Part shown: one piece after another, positions 45,008 through 54,845 of the stretch | Position numbering within the stretch: the first letter of the stretch is position 1 | Layout: each line of letters opens with the position of its first letter | Assembly (NCBI GenBank): GCA_049523315.1 | Contig: JBEKMZ010000003.1 | Span: 14,510 to 78,509 of the forward strand | Source: Acidimicrobiales bacterium | GTDB taxonomy: Bacteria > Actinomycetota > Acidimicrobiia > Acidimicrobiales > Bog-793 | Length of the DNA stretch: 64,000 nucleotides | Direction: 5' to 3' | Notes under the pieces: generated by a model | Seen by the model: only the letters and a program-made list of their open reading frames with translations | Database searches by the model: none | What the model was told of the DNA's origin: nothing | Position numbers and translations under genes: made by a program

Positions 45008-47599
45008 ATGAGGGATATGAACAGACGGCTCCAGTATCCGGAGTTCTATGCTCACCAAGCTGAATCGCGCCTCGCCGAACTGCACGATCCTTCTCTTCCT
45101 GGTATCGAACACGGCACTGAGCACAAGCCGACTCGACGGATCAACCGTCTGGCCTCCGCGCGCAGCGGCTGGAAGATTGTGCTCGCGCTCGCGCTCGTGT
45201 TGGGGTTGAGCGTCTCGGTCATCAGCGCCTGGGCGTGGTACGGGTACACGACTTCGCTTCGACACCAAACCGTGGCGTCCTCGCTGACAGACGTGAGGTC
45301 GATCCTGGCGCCGTCGCTCGAGCGAGACAGCGATCTCTTGGCAACCGTGAACGCCGAGGTCGCGACCCATCCTGAGCTCACCAACGGCGCGTTGGCGGCA
45401 ATGTTGGCCAAGCTCGATCTTTCACAGCGCTACCCGGGAAGCTTTGCGTTCACCTACGTCGAGAACGTCAGCAGGGCTGACCTGCCACGTTTCGAAGCGA
45501 TCGCGCGGCGCGATCCCTCCCTCGGAGTAGCCGTCGCCAGGTCACCTTTGGTGAAACCCTCGCGCAACGGCCGCTCCGGCTACTGCCTCACCCGCCTCGT
45601 CTCCGTGGACGTCACCGGCGACGGGATCGTCAAGAACGTGCTGCTGACCTGGATCTCCCCGTACATCTCGTCGTACTTCAACTTCTGTGCCTCCTCGTTC
45701 GAACATTTGTTCAACACTTCAGCAGAGACCGGTGCGACGGTGGCGGCCTCCGTGGTCAGTCTGATCAGACCCGGCCCAGGTCTGCCTCCCATGCCGGAGA
45801 CGCTCCACGCCCTGCTGCTCCGGCTCCCTATCTTCGTAGAGCTCAGCCCCGTGTACAAAGGGACCCAGGCCCCTACCACCGCCCAAACCCGGGCCAAGGC
45901 CCTGCTCGGTTGGACGATGGCCGTCTTCGATGCCGACCAGATCCTCAGTCCCGTCCTGGCGAGCGGCAAGGGCGTGTCCTTGGTGCTCGCTTACGCGCCA
46001 CCCGGAGGGAGCCCGGCAGTCCTAGCCCGGACGGGGCCGACCGAGTTTGGCGCGGCTGCCGAAACCATCAGCTTCCCCTCCGATCCCGGATGGGTCATCG
46101 ACGCCGCCATGAGCTCGCGCGACAGCGGACCGTCTCCGCTTCTCCAGGGTCTGGCGGTTCTGTTCGGGGCGTTGGCCCTAACTATCTTGTTGGTGATCCT
46201 GCTAGGCCTGCTCATAAGGTCGCGCCGCTCGGCACTGGAACTTGTCGAGAAGCGAACGGCCGAGCTGCGCCACCAGGCCCTGCACGACTCACTGACCGGG
46301 CTCCCCAACCGCTTCCTTGTCAACCAGAGAGCGCACCTGATAGTCAACCGGGCCCGAAGTGGCGGGCTTCCTATCGCGGTGTTCTTCATCGACCTCGACG
46401 ACTTCAAGAAGGTCAACGACACCTTGGGCCATGACGTCGGCGACGGGCTGTTGGAGGCGGTAGCAGCACGGCTGACCGACGCGGTCCGGAGCACTGACAC
46501 CGTAGGCCGCCTGGGCGGCGACGAGTTCGTCCTGCTGTCCGAGACATCGTTCTCAGATGGGGGGTTGGGCGCCATGGCCGAACGTATCCTCGCGGTCCTA
46601 CGGGAGCCCTTCTGCTTGGGAGACGCCACAAGGACGACCCTCTCGACCTCGGCCAGCATCGGCATCGCGACCGGAATGCGTTCAAGTCCAGAGGAGCTGC
46701 TCCGAAACGCCGATATCGCCATGTACCGGGCGAAGTCGATGGGGAAGAACTGCTACGTCCTGTTCGAGCCGGAGATGCACGAGGTTGTAAAAAAGCAGCT
46801 CACCTTGGAAACGGATCTGGCCGAGGCGTTCATAAAGAGGGAGTTCTTCCTCCTCTACCAGCCCATTGTCGATCTCGAGACCGGCCTGCCACGAGACTTC
46901 GAGGCCTTGTTACGCTGGCAGCACCCCGAGCGCGGCGTCGTCGGGCCAGCGGAGTTCATCTCCGTGCTGGAATCATCGGACCTGCTCATCGACGTCGGGC
47001 GCTTCGTACTGATGGAGGCTTGTCGCCAGGTCAAGGCCTGGCACGAACTTGGTCGCACGGTGGGGGTATCTGTGAACGTCGGTGCCCGTCAGCTCCGCTA
47101 CGACGTGCTCGTCGACCATGTCCGAGACGCGCTCGAGGCGGCCGACCTCGACCCGCACTACTTGACGGTCGAGGTCACCGAATCGATGTTGATGATCAAC
47201 TCCAACATCGCCGCCCAACGGCTGGCCGCCCTGTCCAAGCTCGGTGTGCGCATCGCTATCGACGACTTCGGGACGGGCTACGCCTCGCTCTCGTACCTGC
47301 GCGAGTTCCCTGCGGACATATTGAAGATCGACCGGTCCTTCGTCGCGCCGCTGACGACTTCGATGGGGAGCAACTTCCTCGACGCTCTAATTCACTTGGG
47401 CAAGTCGCTCGACCTCGTGACGATCGCGGAAGGCATCGAGGAGACCTCGCAGCTGGACCACGTCAAGCGCCAAGGTTGCGACTGGGGCCAGGGCTTTCTG
47501 TTCTCCAAGCCGCTCCCGCCAGAGGACATCAGGCAGATCATCCGGCGTTCGCGCTACGAAGTCGGAAGCTCTCTGGCTCCGCGCGCCACCGTCTCCTAG
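45008..47599 (+). CDS. Membrane sensor diguanylate cyclase/phosphodiesterase (extracytoplasmic CHASE-like domain, TM, GGDEF, EAL)
   Basis: Two TM helices flank a ~330-aa extracytoplasmic domain. GGDEF domain (RLGGDEFVLL). EAL domain (EALLRW, DDFGTGYASLSYL, KIDRSF). Confidence 0.9.
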   Translation: MRDMNRRLQYPEFYAHQAESRLAELHDPSLPGIEHGTEHKPTRRINRLASARSGWKIVLALALVLGLSVSVISAWAWYGYTTSLRHQTVASSLTDVRSILAPSLERDSDLLATVNAEVATHPELTNGALAAMLAKLDLSQRYPGSFAFTYVENVSRADLPRFEAIARRDPSLGVAVARSPLVKPSRNGRSGYCLTRLVSVDVTGDGIVKNVLLTWISPYISSYFNFCASSFEHLFNTSAETGATVAASVVSLIRPGPGLPPMPETLHALLLRLPIFVELSPVYKGTQAPTTAQTRAKALLGWTMAVFDADQILSPVLASGKGVSLVLAYAPPGGSPAVLARTGPTEFGAAAETISFPSDPGWVIDAAMSSRDSGPSPLLQGLAVLFGALALTILLVILLGLLIRSRRSALELVEKRTAELRHQALHDSLTGLPNRFLVNQRAHLIVNRARSGGLPIAVFFIDLDDFKKVNDTLGHDVGDGLLEAVAARLTDAVRSTDTVGRLGGDEFVLLSETSFSDGGLGAMAERILAVLREPFCLGDATRTTLSTSASIGIATGMRSSPEELLRNADIAMYRAKSMGKNCYVLFEPEMHEVVKKQLTLETDLAEAFIKREFFLLYQPIVDLETGLPRDFEALLRWQHPERGVVGPAEFISVLESSDLLIDVGRFVLMEACRQVKAWHELGRTVGVSVNVGARQLRYDVLVDHVRDALEAADLDPHYLTVEVTESMLMINSNIAAQRLAALSKLGVRIAIDDFGTGYASLSYLREFPADILKIDRSFVAPLTTSMGSNFLDALIHLGKSLDLVTIAEGIEETSQLDHVKRQGCDWGQGFLFSKPLPPEDIRQIIRRSRYEVGSSLAPRATVS

Positions 47600-48223
47600 C
47601 CTCGATGCGGCTCGCCGACCACGTCAAGCTCAAGCTGCACTGCGTCGCTTTAGGCCCGGATCTTCGATCGCCCGACGGCCGCCGATCCCTCTAGCCCGTT
47701 CGAAGCAATCTCCAAGCCGCTTCACAGGTCAGAGATATGTCCTGACCTTGTCCCCGGTGGCCCAGATGCGTGATGGCAGAGTGCTAAGAGCGTCCGCCTG
47801 GAATCGGAGACGACCGTGCACCCGCGACGGTGCCCTGGGAGCGCACCAACAATGCGATCAATGCCAGTTCCAATAGCGCCCAAGCCAGCGTTGGGGCCGC
47901 TCAAGGGCGCTTTGAGTGGGATGCGGAGCTGAGATGACACGAGTTCACCACGCAATAGACAATCTCGAGAAGCCGGGCATGTTGATTCGATTGAGCGGTG
48001 CCGACACCTCAGAGGCGATCAGCGTCAATCGGACAGTCTGGACAAGCATCCCGAGCCTGGCGAGCTGGATCTGGGACTCGGATGGGTGTCTGATCGCCGA
48101 GGACGAGACGCGCAAGATAGCTGACAACTGGGGCGCGACGCTTCCCGATTGACAGCAGTTCGTCTCGGGACCTCGGACCGGGCATCGCACTCGTCCGATG
48201 CTTCCGTCAGGACTTGAAACCGG

Positions 48224-48610
48224 TTGATCGGCCAGGCTGATCCTGTGTCTCGCGTGGCGCCCGAACGTCGCCCGGAGCGGCATCGCAGAACGCGGTTGGC
48301 GGCTCTCCTCGGCTTCCTTGGCCTGAACCTGGCCACTTTCGATGCTCCCCACACGCTTGCTGTCGACATCAGATGGCGCCTCGCCCGCGCCTATTGTGGC
48401 AACGAACTGGCAACCCAAGCTGCGCAGGCCGTGCTCGATTACGGCTTCGAGAATCTCAACCGCGACGAAATCGTCTCGTTCACACTTCGACCATTCGGCG
48501 CTTCCACGAGGACGCCCTCTCCGCCGCCACGTCCTCTCCCGGACTGCACGGCTGAACTGGGCGATGAGGAGGTCGAGCTCCTGACCACGCTTCGCTCGGG
48601 TACACAATAG
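48224..48610 (+). pseudogene. Probable GNAT (RimJ/RimL-type) acetyltransferase remnant
   Basis: Only one segment looks GNAT-like (RWRLARAYCGNELATQAAQAVLDYGFENLNRDEIVSFT). The sequence then loses the family pattern, and the N-terminal part is Arg-rich nonsense. This suggests frameshift/decay. Confidence 0.35.
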
Positions 48611-48648
48611 CTAAACCGTATCGAACGCATGTTCGCTACGGTTAGGGA

Positions 48649-48798
48649 GTGGCCGACCTGTCACCGGAGGAAGCCGAAGTGCTGCGGAGGTCGATCGCGA
48701 TGCTGCCGCCACAGGCGCCGAGCGGTCTGAGCCGTGAGCGGGCGCTTGCGATCCTGAATCAGCTCGTGCGGGCGCTGAGGGAACTGCGCAAGCGATAG
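48649..48798 (+). CDS. Possible small ORF (49 aa), unknown function
   Basis: My own translation is (V)ADLSPEEAEVLRRSIAMLPPQAPSGLSRERALAILNQLVRALRELRKR. It is not in the track (under 60 aa) and is followed 30 nt later by a strong hairpin. SD spacing is poor, so confidence is low. Confidence 0.25.
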   Translation: MADLSPEEAEVLRRSIAMLPPQAPSGLSRERALAILNQLVRALRELRKR

Positions 48799-48828
48799 AG
48801 CCGGTCGTTGGCGGACTTCCCGACGCGT

Positions 48829-48852
48829 CAGCACCCCCGGCGGGGGGTGCTG
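48829..48852 (+). terminator. Strong GC hairpin (10-bp stem, 4-nt loop)
   Basis: CAGCACCCCC-GGCG-GGGGGTGCTG was read directly. There is no U-tract, which is common in high-GC genomes. It lies downstream of the small ORF. Confidence 0.35.
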
Positions 48853-49135
48853 GAGGTGCTGACACTATGGGGGACGGCAGACTGCTCTCGCGGTCACCAT
48901 CTACCCCGCGACCAGGATGCGCGCGGGATGGCACCCGCACTGGTGTCAAAAGTCACATATTCCGCCCGCGGCGGAAGTCCGTACTCAGCCCACCGCCACG
49001 CCGCAACGCCCAATCGCGCGCTCGATGCGCCTCTCGTGGGAGCACCGACCATCAAGGTTCGCGCGCCCGATCGAGGTGCCGTTGTTGTTGGCCCAATGGA
49101 CGAACGCCTGCTTGTTAGCGGAGCTGGGCGCTCGT

Positions 49136-49179
49136 AGCGCCCCCGGGAGGACTCGATCCTCCGACCGTCTGCTTAGAAG
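49136..49179 (-). repeat. Orphan copy of the 3' half of tRNA-Arg(TCT) (att-like direct repeat)
   Basis: 44 nt match 54844..54887 at 43/44 positions; the single mismatch is 49157 T versus 54865 A, in the T-loop. The copy covers the tRNA from the anticodon to the 3' end plus 2 nt. The sequence diverges completely 5' of the anticodon. Confidence 0.85.
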
Positions 49180-49818
49180 CTACGTAGCACTGAGCGACGT
49201 GCGTGTGCAGGAAATCCCAGGTGGCAGTCGAGCGCAACGACAGAATTAGACACTGTCTCGAGAGGTGCTTGGTGCTTATGGACCGACCCGCTTTCCAGCC
49301 GCAAGCTTCGCTCGCCTCCGAAGGCTGCCCGTCCCCCCACCGTCCACAGAGGTGAGTGCAGACCGCACCTTGGAACGCCGATCGTCAAATATGTCCGTGG
49401 GATAGCCCTGGTCGACCGGCTCTCCGCGGCGCCGTCTCGGGCAGCGTCAAGTGGTCTCTTGAGGCGTCGACCACCGACCCCGGCGCCGAGCACTTCCGTA
49501 CGTCTCCGGGCGGCCTGGAGCTCGTCGCTTGCCGAAGCGCTGGCTGGAGTCTCGTGGTCGACATCGCGGTCAGAAGCCGGGCAACACAGCCGGGAGCAGC
49601 GCGTTTACGCGGGCACAGGACCTGCTGTGAAGGAAATCACTTGATCCTTAGAGGCGCCGGGCCCCCTTGCATAGCAAGAGCGCTTGCCGCGATGGGACAA
49701 CCCGTCGGCCTGCTTCCCCGTCAGCCGGCAAGGCGGTCGTGCCAAGTTTCCGAGGGTCGCCTCTCCCCCGTCGGGTATTCCTGGCGCTCCGCCGTGAGTA
49801 CCCGAGGGGGCGGCGTCG

Positions 49819-50715
49819 ATGTACCGTCAGCGGATGACATATAGGAGCCCGCCGTCTGAGCTCTCTATAGCCCCGCCGCCCCCGTTCGATGAGCCTTTGC
49901 CCCGTGTTGCGATGCGGCGCCGCATGCTGGTGTTCCTACGGTCTCGCTTTGGCGCGACCACGGCCATCGTTGCCGCCCTTGTTGTCATCGCCGCCCTCAC
50001 CGTGACCAACATGCGCATCTCGGATCGACCGGCACTAACCGCGAACCAGGTCAACAGCATGGTCAATCAGAAGGTGAGCACGGCGATATCGCAACTGCAG
50101 TCCCCCTCGAGCGTCGCAGGCAGCGTGTACAGGGCCGTCGAATACGGGATCGTCACAATCCAGTCGATACACCTCGGCGCGCCCGGCAGCGACGAACTCG
50201 GCACCGGGATCATTGTCGACAAACGGGGCGACATCCTCACGGCGCTTCACGTCGTCCAGGGCGCGTCTTCGATCAAGGTCTCCTTCGCCGATGGCACCCT
50301 CGCGAACGCGTCCGTATTGGCGGCCGACACCGGCGACGACATCGCGGTGCTGACACCCAGTCGGCTGCCAACTGTCATGGCACCCGAGGTGCTCGGCGGC
50401 AGCCCCCAGGTCGGAGACCCGATATTCGTCGTCGGCAATCCCCTGGGTCTGCTCGGCTCGCTGTCGGCGGGAGTCGTCTCCGGGCTCAACCGCTCCTTCG
50501 AGCTGGCGCCCGGGCGGCGGATGACGGGGATGATCCAGTTCGACGCCGCTGTAAACCCAGGCAGCTCCGGAGGCCCGCTGCTCAACGCCAAGGGCGAGGT
50601 GGTGGGGATCGTCACCGGCCTCGCCAACCCGGCGGGCGCCAATTCCTTTGCCGGCATAGGATTCGCCGTGCCCATCGCCACGGCCGGCCAGACCGCCGGC
50701 GCCCCGTCGAAGTGA
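49819..50715 (+). CDS. Membrane-anchored trypsin-like serine protease (S1C/HtrA-like, no PDZ)
   Basis: N-terminal TM helix. Catalytic triad contexts are TALHVV (His), DIAVL (Asp) and NPGSSGGPL (Ser). Its stop overlaps the MoxR GTG (GTGA). Confidence 0.85.
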   Translation: MYRQRMTYRSPPSELSIAPPPPFDEPLPRVAMRRRMLVFLRSRFGATTAIVAALVVIAALTVTNMRISDRPALTANQVNSMVNQKVSTAISQLQSPSSVAGSVYRAVEYGIVTIQSIHLGAPGSDELGTGIIVDKRGDILTALHVVQGASSIKVSFADGTLANASVLAADTGDDIAVLTPSRLPTVMAPEVLGGSPQVGDPIFVVGNPLGLLGSLSAGVVSGLNRSFELAPGRRMTGMIQFDAAVNPGSSGGPLLNAKGEVVGIVTGLANPAGANSFAGIGFAVPIATAGQTAGAPSK

Positions 50716-51698
50716 GCGCCGGCTCCAACGGCGGCCCGGAGGCCAGGTTCGAGGCGCTGCTGTACCACGTCAAGAGGGTCATCGTGGGCCAGGACGACCT
50801 TCTCGAGAAGATGGTCGTCGCCCTCGTCGCAGGGGGTCACCTTCTCGTGGAGGGCGTGCCCGGTCTCGCCAAGACGCTCGCGGTAAAGACCTTCGCCGAC
50901 GCACTCGGCGTCGAGTTCCAACGCATCCAGTTTACGCCCGACCTCGTACCGGCCGACATCGTCGGCACGAGGATCTACAACCAGAAGCTCGGCGAGTTCG
51001 AGGTTTCGCTCGGCCCCATTTTCGCCAACCTGGTTCTGGCGGACGAGATCAACCGGGCGCCGGCCAAGGTGCAGAGCGCGTTGTTGGAGGCGATGCAAGA
51101 GCACCAGGTGACGATCGGCAGGCAGACCCACGCCCTGCCCGACCCGTTCCTCGTCATGGCGACCCAGAATCCGATCGAGTCGGACGGGACTTATCCGCTC
51201 CCCGAGGCCCAGGTCGACCGGTTCATGTTCAAGGTGCTGGTCGACTACCCGACCGCCACCGAGGAGTTCGTCATCGTCGAGCGGATGGTCGCCGGCCTCG
51301 AGAAGGTGCACGAGGTGATGCACGTCGAGCAGCTCCGAGAGCTCCAGAAGGCGGTTCACACGGTGTTCGTCGATCCGGCCCTCATCGACTACGCAGTCCG
51401 GGTGGCTACAGCCACGCGGAAGCCCTCATCTGTCGGCCTGCAGGACCTCGCGCGCTATGTGTCCTACGGTGTGAGCCCACGTGCCTCGATCTACATGATC
51501 ACCGCGGCACAAGCCCTCGCGCTCGTGCGCGGCCGCCGTTACGTGCTCCCTGAGGACGTGCAATCGATCGCGCCCGACGTGCTGCGCCATCGGATGGTCC
51601 TTTCCTACGAGGCCCTCAGCGACGACGTAAGCGTGCAGCACGTCGTCGACGCCGTACTGCAAAGCGTCCCGCTCCCCGACGTCGTGCTGCGCGACTAG
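50712..51698 (+). CDS. MoxR-family AAA+ ATPase
   Basis: Walker A GVPGLAKT, Walker B LADEINRA, and TQNPIE...GTYPLPEAQVDRF. Confidence 0.92.
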   Translation: MSAGSNGGPEARFEALLYHVKRVIVGQDDLLEKMVVALVAGGHLLVEGVPGLAKTLAVKTFADALGVEFQRIQFTPDLVPADIVGTRIYNQKLGEFEVSLGPIFANLVLADEINRAPAKVQSALLEAMQEHQVTIGRQTHALPDPFLVMATQNPIESDGTYPLPEAQVDRFMFKVLVDYPTATEEFVIVERMVAGLEKVHEVMHVEQLRELQKAVHTVFVDPALIDYAVRVATATRKPSSVGLQDLARYVSYGVSPRASIYMITAAQALALVRGRRYVLPEDVQSIAPDVLRHRMVLSYEALSDDVSVQHVVDAVLQSVPLPDVVLRD

Positions 51699-51721
51699 GA
51701 CAGCTAGGCATCGGCGCGCAT

Positions 51722-52612
51722 ATGGAGACCGCCCCGCTGCTCGCGCCCGAACGAATCCTGCGCCGCATCGAATGGAAGGTGGTGAGGCGCCTCGAGGGCC
51801 TGCTCCAAGGCGAGTTCCACACGCTGCTTCGCGGTAGTGGTAGCGACTTCCTCGACCTGCGCGACTACCAGTGGGGTGACGACGTCCGCCACATTGACTG
51901 GAACGTCACGGCACGCATGGACGAACTGTTCGTCCGCGACTTCATGGAGGACCGCGAGCTCACGGCCTGGCTCCTTCTCGACCGCTCCAGGTCGATGACC
52001 TTCGGAACCGTCGAACGAACGAAGGAGCAGGTGCTCTCCGAGCTGGCCGCGGCGATCTGCCAACTCCTCGTGCGGGGAGGCAATCGCGTCGGAGCCGTGA
52101 TCTCCGACGGCATGCATGAGTGGAGCATCCCACCGCGCCAAGGCCGGAACCAGGTGTTGGCGATTGTGCGGGAACTTCTCCGGCCAGTCGGCGGCAGCCA
52201 GCTGACCGACCTCGGCAAGCTTCTTGAGACCGCGGCGCGACTCGTGCGCCGCCGGTCGCTCGTGGTGCTGATCTCGGACTTCATCAGCCAACCCGGATGG
52301 GAACGACCGTTGTGCCGACTCACAGAGCAGCACGAGGTTGTCGCCGTCCGGCTGTTCGACCCCCGCGAATACGAGCTCCCTGACGCGGGGCTGTTGTACG
52401 TGCAGGACGCGGAATCGGGGGAGCAACTGTTAGTGGACTCGAGCGATCCCGAACTACGCCGCCGCCTTCTCGAGGCCGGGCGATCGCGGGACGACACCAT
52501 CCGCCACAGCGTCGCCCGAGCCCGGGTGCGGCTCCACGCCCTGTCCACCGAGGACGATCTCCTCAGCGCTCTGATGCGCATCGCCGGGTCGGGCCGGGGT
52601 CCGCGCAGATGA
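51722..52612 (+). CDS. DUF58 domain protein (MoxR partner)
   Basis: GSGSDFLDLRDYQWGDDVRHIDWNVTAR is the hallmark DUF58 motif. Confidence 0.85.
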   Translation: METAPLLAPERILRRIEWKVVRRLEGLLQGEFHTLLRGSGSDFLDLRDYQWGDDVRHIDWNVTARMDELFVRDFMEDRELTAWLLLDRSRSMTFGTVERTKEQVLSELAAAICQLLVRGGNRVGAVISDGMHEWSIPPRQGRNQVLAIVRELLRPVGGSQLTDLGKLLETAARLVRRRSLVVLISDFISQPGWERPLCRLTEQHEVVAVRLFDPREYELPDAGLLYVQDAESGEQLLVDSSDPELRRRLLEAGRSRDDTIRHSVARARVRLHALSTEDDLLSALMRIAGSGRGPRR

Positions 52613-53598
52613 CCTTCACGTCGCCCGTGATGCTGCTGGGGCTTCTGCTGATTCCGGCCGTCGTCGCGGGCTACGCGTCGTCGAGGAGGAGGCGGCGTCG
52701 TCGCGTGGCCGCCCTTGCCGCGCACGGCCTCGTCGCGCGCGGCCCGGTCCGGCGGAGGCTGCGCGAGCATCTCCCCTTCGCCCTTCTTGTCGTCGCGCTC
52801 GTCTTGTTGGTCCTCGCCTGCGCCCGGCCGATCGCCATCATCAAGACGCCGCAGCGCACGGCAACGGTGGTCATAGCGCTCGACGTGTCGAACAGCATGG
52901 CAGCCACCGACGCCCAGCCGTCCCGCATCGGAGCCGCAAAAGCCGTAGCCAGCGACTTTGTTCGCCAGCAGCCGTCGGGAGTCCATATCGGCGTCGTGGG
53001 GTTCGGCGAAGGTGGCGTGATCACGCAGCCTCCCACCTCTGACCACGCCGACGTGCTGCGGGCGATCGACCACCTCTCCCTCGGAGGAAGCACCTCGATA
53101 GGAGCCGGCATCCTCACGGCGCTCGACGCCATCGCCGGCAAGACACTGCGCGTCAACCTGGCGAAGCTCGCCAACGACGACTCGGGCGAGATCGACCTCG
53201 GCTACTACGGAGGGGCGACAATCGTGCTGATCTCCGATGGGGAGGAGACGAGCGGGACCGATCCCGTGACGATGGCACGGTTAGCCTCAACCGCGGGTGT
53301 CCGCATCCAGACCGTCGGCGTCGGCACTGCGGCCGGCACGACCGTGCAGATCGACGGGTTCACCGTGGCCACGGCCCTCGACGCCCAAACGCTCGAGAAC
53401 GTGGCAAGGGTCACGAATGGCTCGTACCACCAAATCGGCGATAGCTCGCCCGCGAGCGCCGTCTCCCGGACGATACGACTGCACTTTGCGCTCGTAAGCG
53501 ATCGCACCGAGATCACGGCACTGTTCGCCGCGGCCGCAGGCCTCCTACTCGCCATCGGCGCCGCCATCTCGTTGCTCTGGTTCGGACGGGTCGTGTGA
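52609..53598 (+). CDS. VWA domain membrane protein (BatA-like)
   Basis: N- and C-terminal TM helices. MIDAS motif ALDVSNSM. ATGA overlap with the DUF58 gene. Confidence 0.85.
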   Translation: MTFTSPVMLLGLLLIPAVVAGYASSRRRRRRRVAALAAHGLVARGPVRRRLREHLPFALLVVALVLLVLACARPIAIIKTPQRTATVVIALDVSNSMAATDAQPSRIGAAKAVASDFVRQQPSGVHIGVVGFGEGGVITQPPTSDHADVLRAIDHLSLGGSTSIGAGILTALDAIAGKTLRVNLAKLANDDSGEIDLGYYGGATIVLISDGEETSGTDPVTMARLASTAGVRIQTVGVGTAAGTTVQIDGFTVATALDAQTLENVARVTNGSYHQIGDSSPASAVSRTIRLHFALVSDRTEITALFAAAAGLLLAIGAAISLLWFGRVV

Positions 53599-53599
53599 C

Positions 53600-54727
53600 A
53601 TGACCTTCATCTGGCCACTGGCGCTGCTGTTCGGGCTCGTCGTCCCGGTGCTGCTCGGGGTTTATCTCCTGGCGATGCGGCGCCGCCGATCGAAAGCGGT
53701 CACCTATTCGAGCGTCGCGTTGTTGCGCTCCGCACTCGCCCCCCAATTGCGGTGGCGCCGCCACCTCCCGGTCGCTCTGCTATTCGTTAGCCTCGCGTTG
53801 TTGGCAGTGGCGGCCGCCCGGCCGCAGATCACTTCGGACGTGCCCTTCGGGCACTCTACGGTCGTTCTCGCGCTCGACGAGTCCGGATCGATGTGCTCGA
53901 CGGATGTGGCGCCCAATCGGATCGCGGCCGCGCAGAAAGCCGCCCGCAAGTTCGTCGACTCACTCCCCAGCACGACGCTGGCGGGGCTGGTCGAATTCAA
54001 CGGCTTCGCCGAGATCGCCGTGGCGCCAACCACCGAGCGCACCGGGTTGGACCAGGCCATCGAGAACTTGAGCGTCGGCCCGGGCACGGCGATCGGCTCC
54101 GCAATCCTGGAGGCACTCGAAGCCATCGCCGAGGTCGACCCCGAGGTAAAGCCGGTCGCTAATGACATCGCGGACAACCCCCTGGAACCCGGCTCCAGCA
54201 GTACCGGAGACGGCACGCCGGGCACGCCGACCAAACCCGGCAAGGACGGCTATGTGCCCGATGTCATCGTCCTTTTGACAGACGGTGCCAACAACCGGGG
54301 GATCACGCCTTTCCAGGCCGTTCCGTACGCAGTCGCCCGGAGGGTCCGCGTCTACACGATCGGCTTCGGGACAACCCATCCGGGTCCGCTTGAGTGCACT
54401 CCACAGCAGATGGCGGGCGAGCTCGTAGGCGGTTTTGCAGGCGGTTTCACCGGTGGCGCTTACGGTAGGAGTTTCAGGTTTGCCCCCGGAGTCCCCAACC
54501 CCCTCGTCGCCGATCTGCCACCTCTTCGGCAGGTCTCCCAGTTCACCGGTGGCGTGAGCTACAGCGCCCAGGACGAGCCGCAGCTCGCCAAGGTGTTCGC
54601 CAGCTTGCCGAAGGAGATCGGCGTCCAGAAGGAGCGGCACGAGATCACATGGTTCTTCGCGTTCCTCGGTGCGCTGCTGGCCCTCGCCGCCGCTACTGCA
54701 TCGTTACGGTGGGCCCCCTACCCATAG
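53600..54727 (+). CDS. VWA domain membrane protein (BatB-like)
   Basis: N- and C-terminal TM helices. MIDAS motif ALDESGSM. LLTDGANN. Confidence 0.85.
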   Translation: MTFIWPLALLFGLVVPVLLGVYLLAMRRRRSKAVTYSSVALLRSALAPQLRWRRHLPVALLFVSLALLAVAAARPQITSDVPFGHSTVVLALDESGSMCSTDVAPNRIAAAQKAARKFVDSLPSTTLAGLVEFNGFAEIAVAPTTERTGLDQAIENLSVGPGTAIGSAILEALEAIAEVDPEVKPVANDIADNPLEPGSSSTGDGTPGTPTKPGKDGYVPDVIVLLTDGANNRGITPFQAVPYAVARRVRVYTIGFGTTHPGPLECTPQQMAGELVGGFAGGFTGGAYGRSFRFAPGVPNPLVADLPPLRQVSQFTGGVSYSAQDEPQLAKVFASLPKEIGVQKERHEITWFFAFLGALLALAAATASLRWAPYP

Positions 54728-54845
54728 CGCCAACGTTGCGTGCTCACCCCCGATCCGACCCGGGGCTACCAAGCCGTGGCCGAGGATGCGAACGGTGTCC
54801 CGAACAGGTGTGCAGGCCGCGCGGTCTCTCGCGACCTGACATGAG

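Noticed and set aside
48988-49119. Minus-strand peptide ...ANKQAFVHWANNNGTSIGRANLDG... resembling a YWTD/beta-propeller repeat.
   Set aside because: It spans only ~25 informative residues, ends in a stop, and has no start. That is too short to call a pseudogene feature, so it is mentioned only as context for the decayed region.
49180-54843. Calling the block between the tRNA-Arg repeats an intact genomic island or mobile element.
   Set aside because: No integrase, excisionase or transfer gene is visible in any frame. The five genes form an ordinary-looking MoxR/VWA operon. I report it only as an att-like scar (see findings), not as a mobile_element feature.
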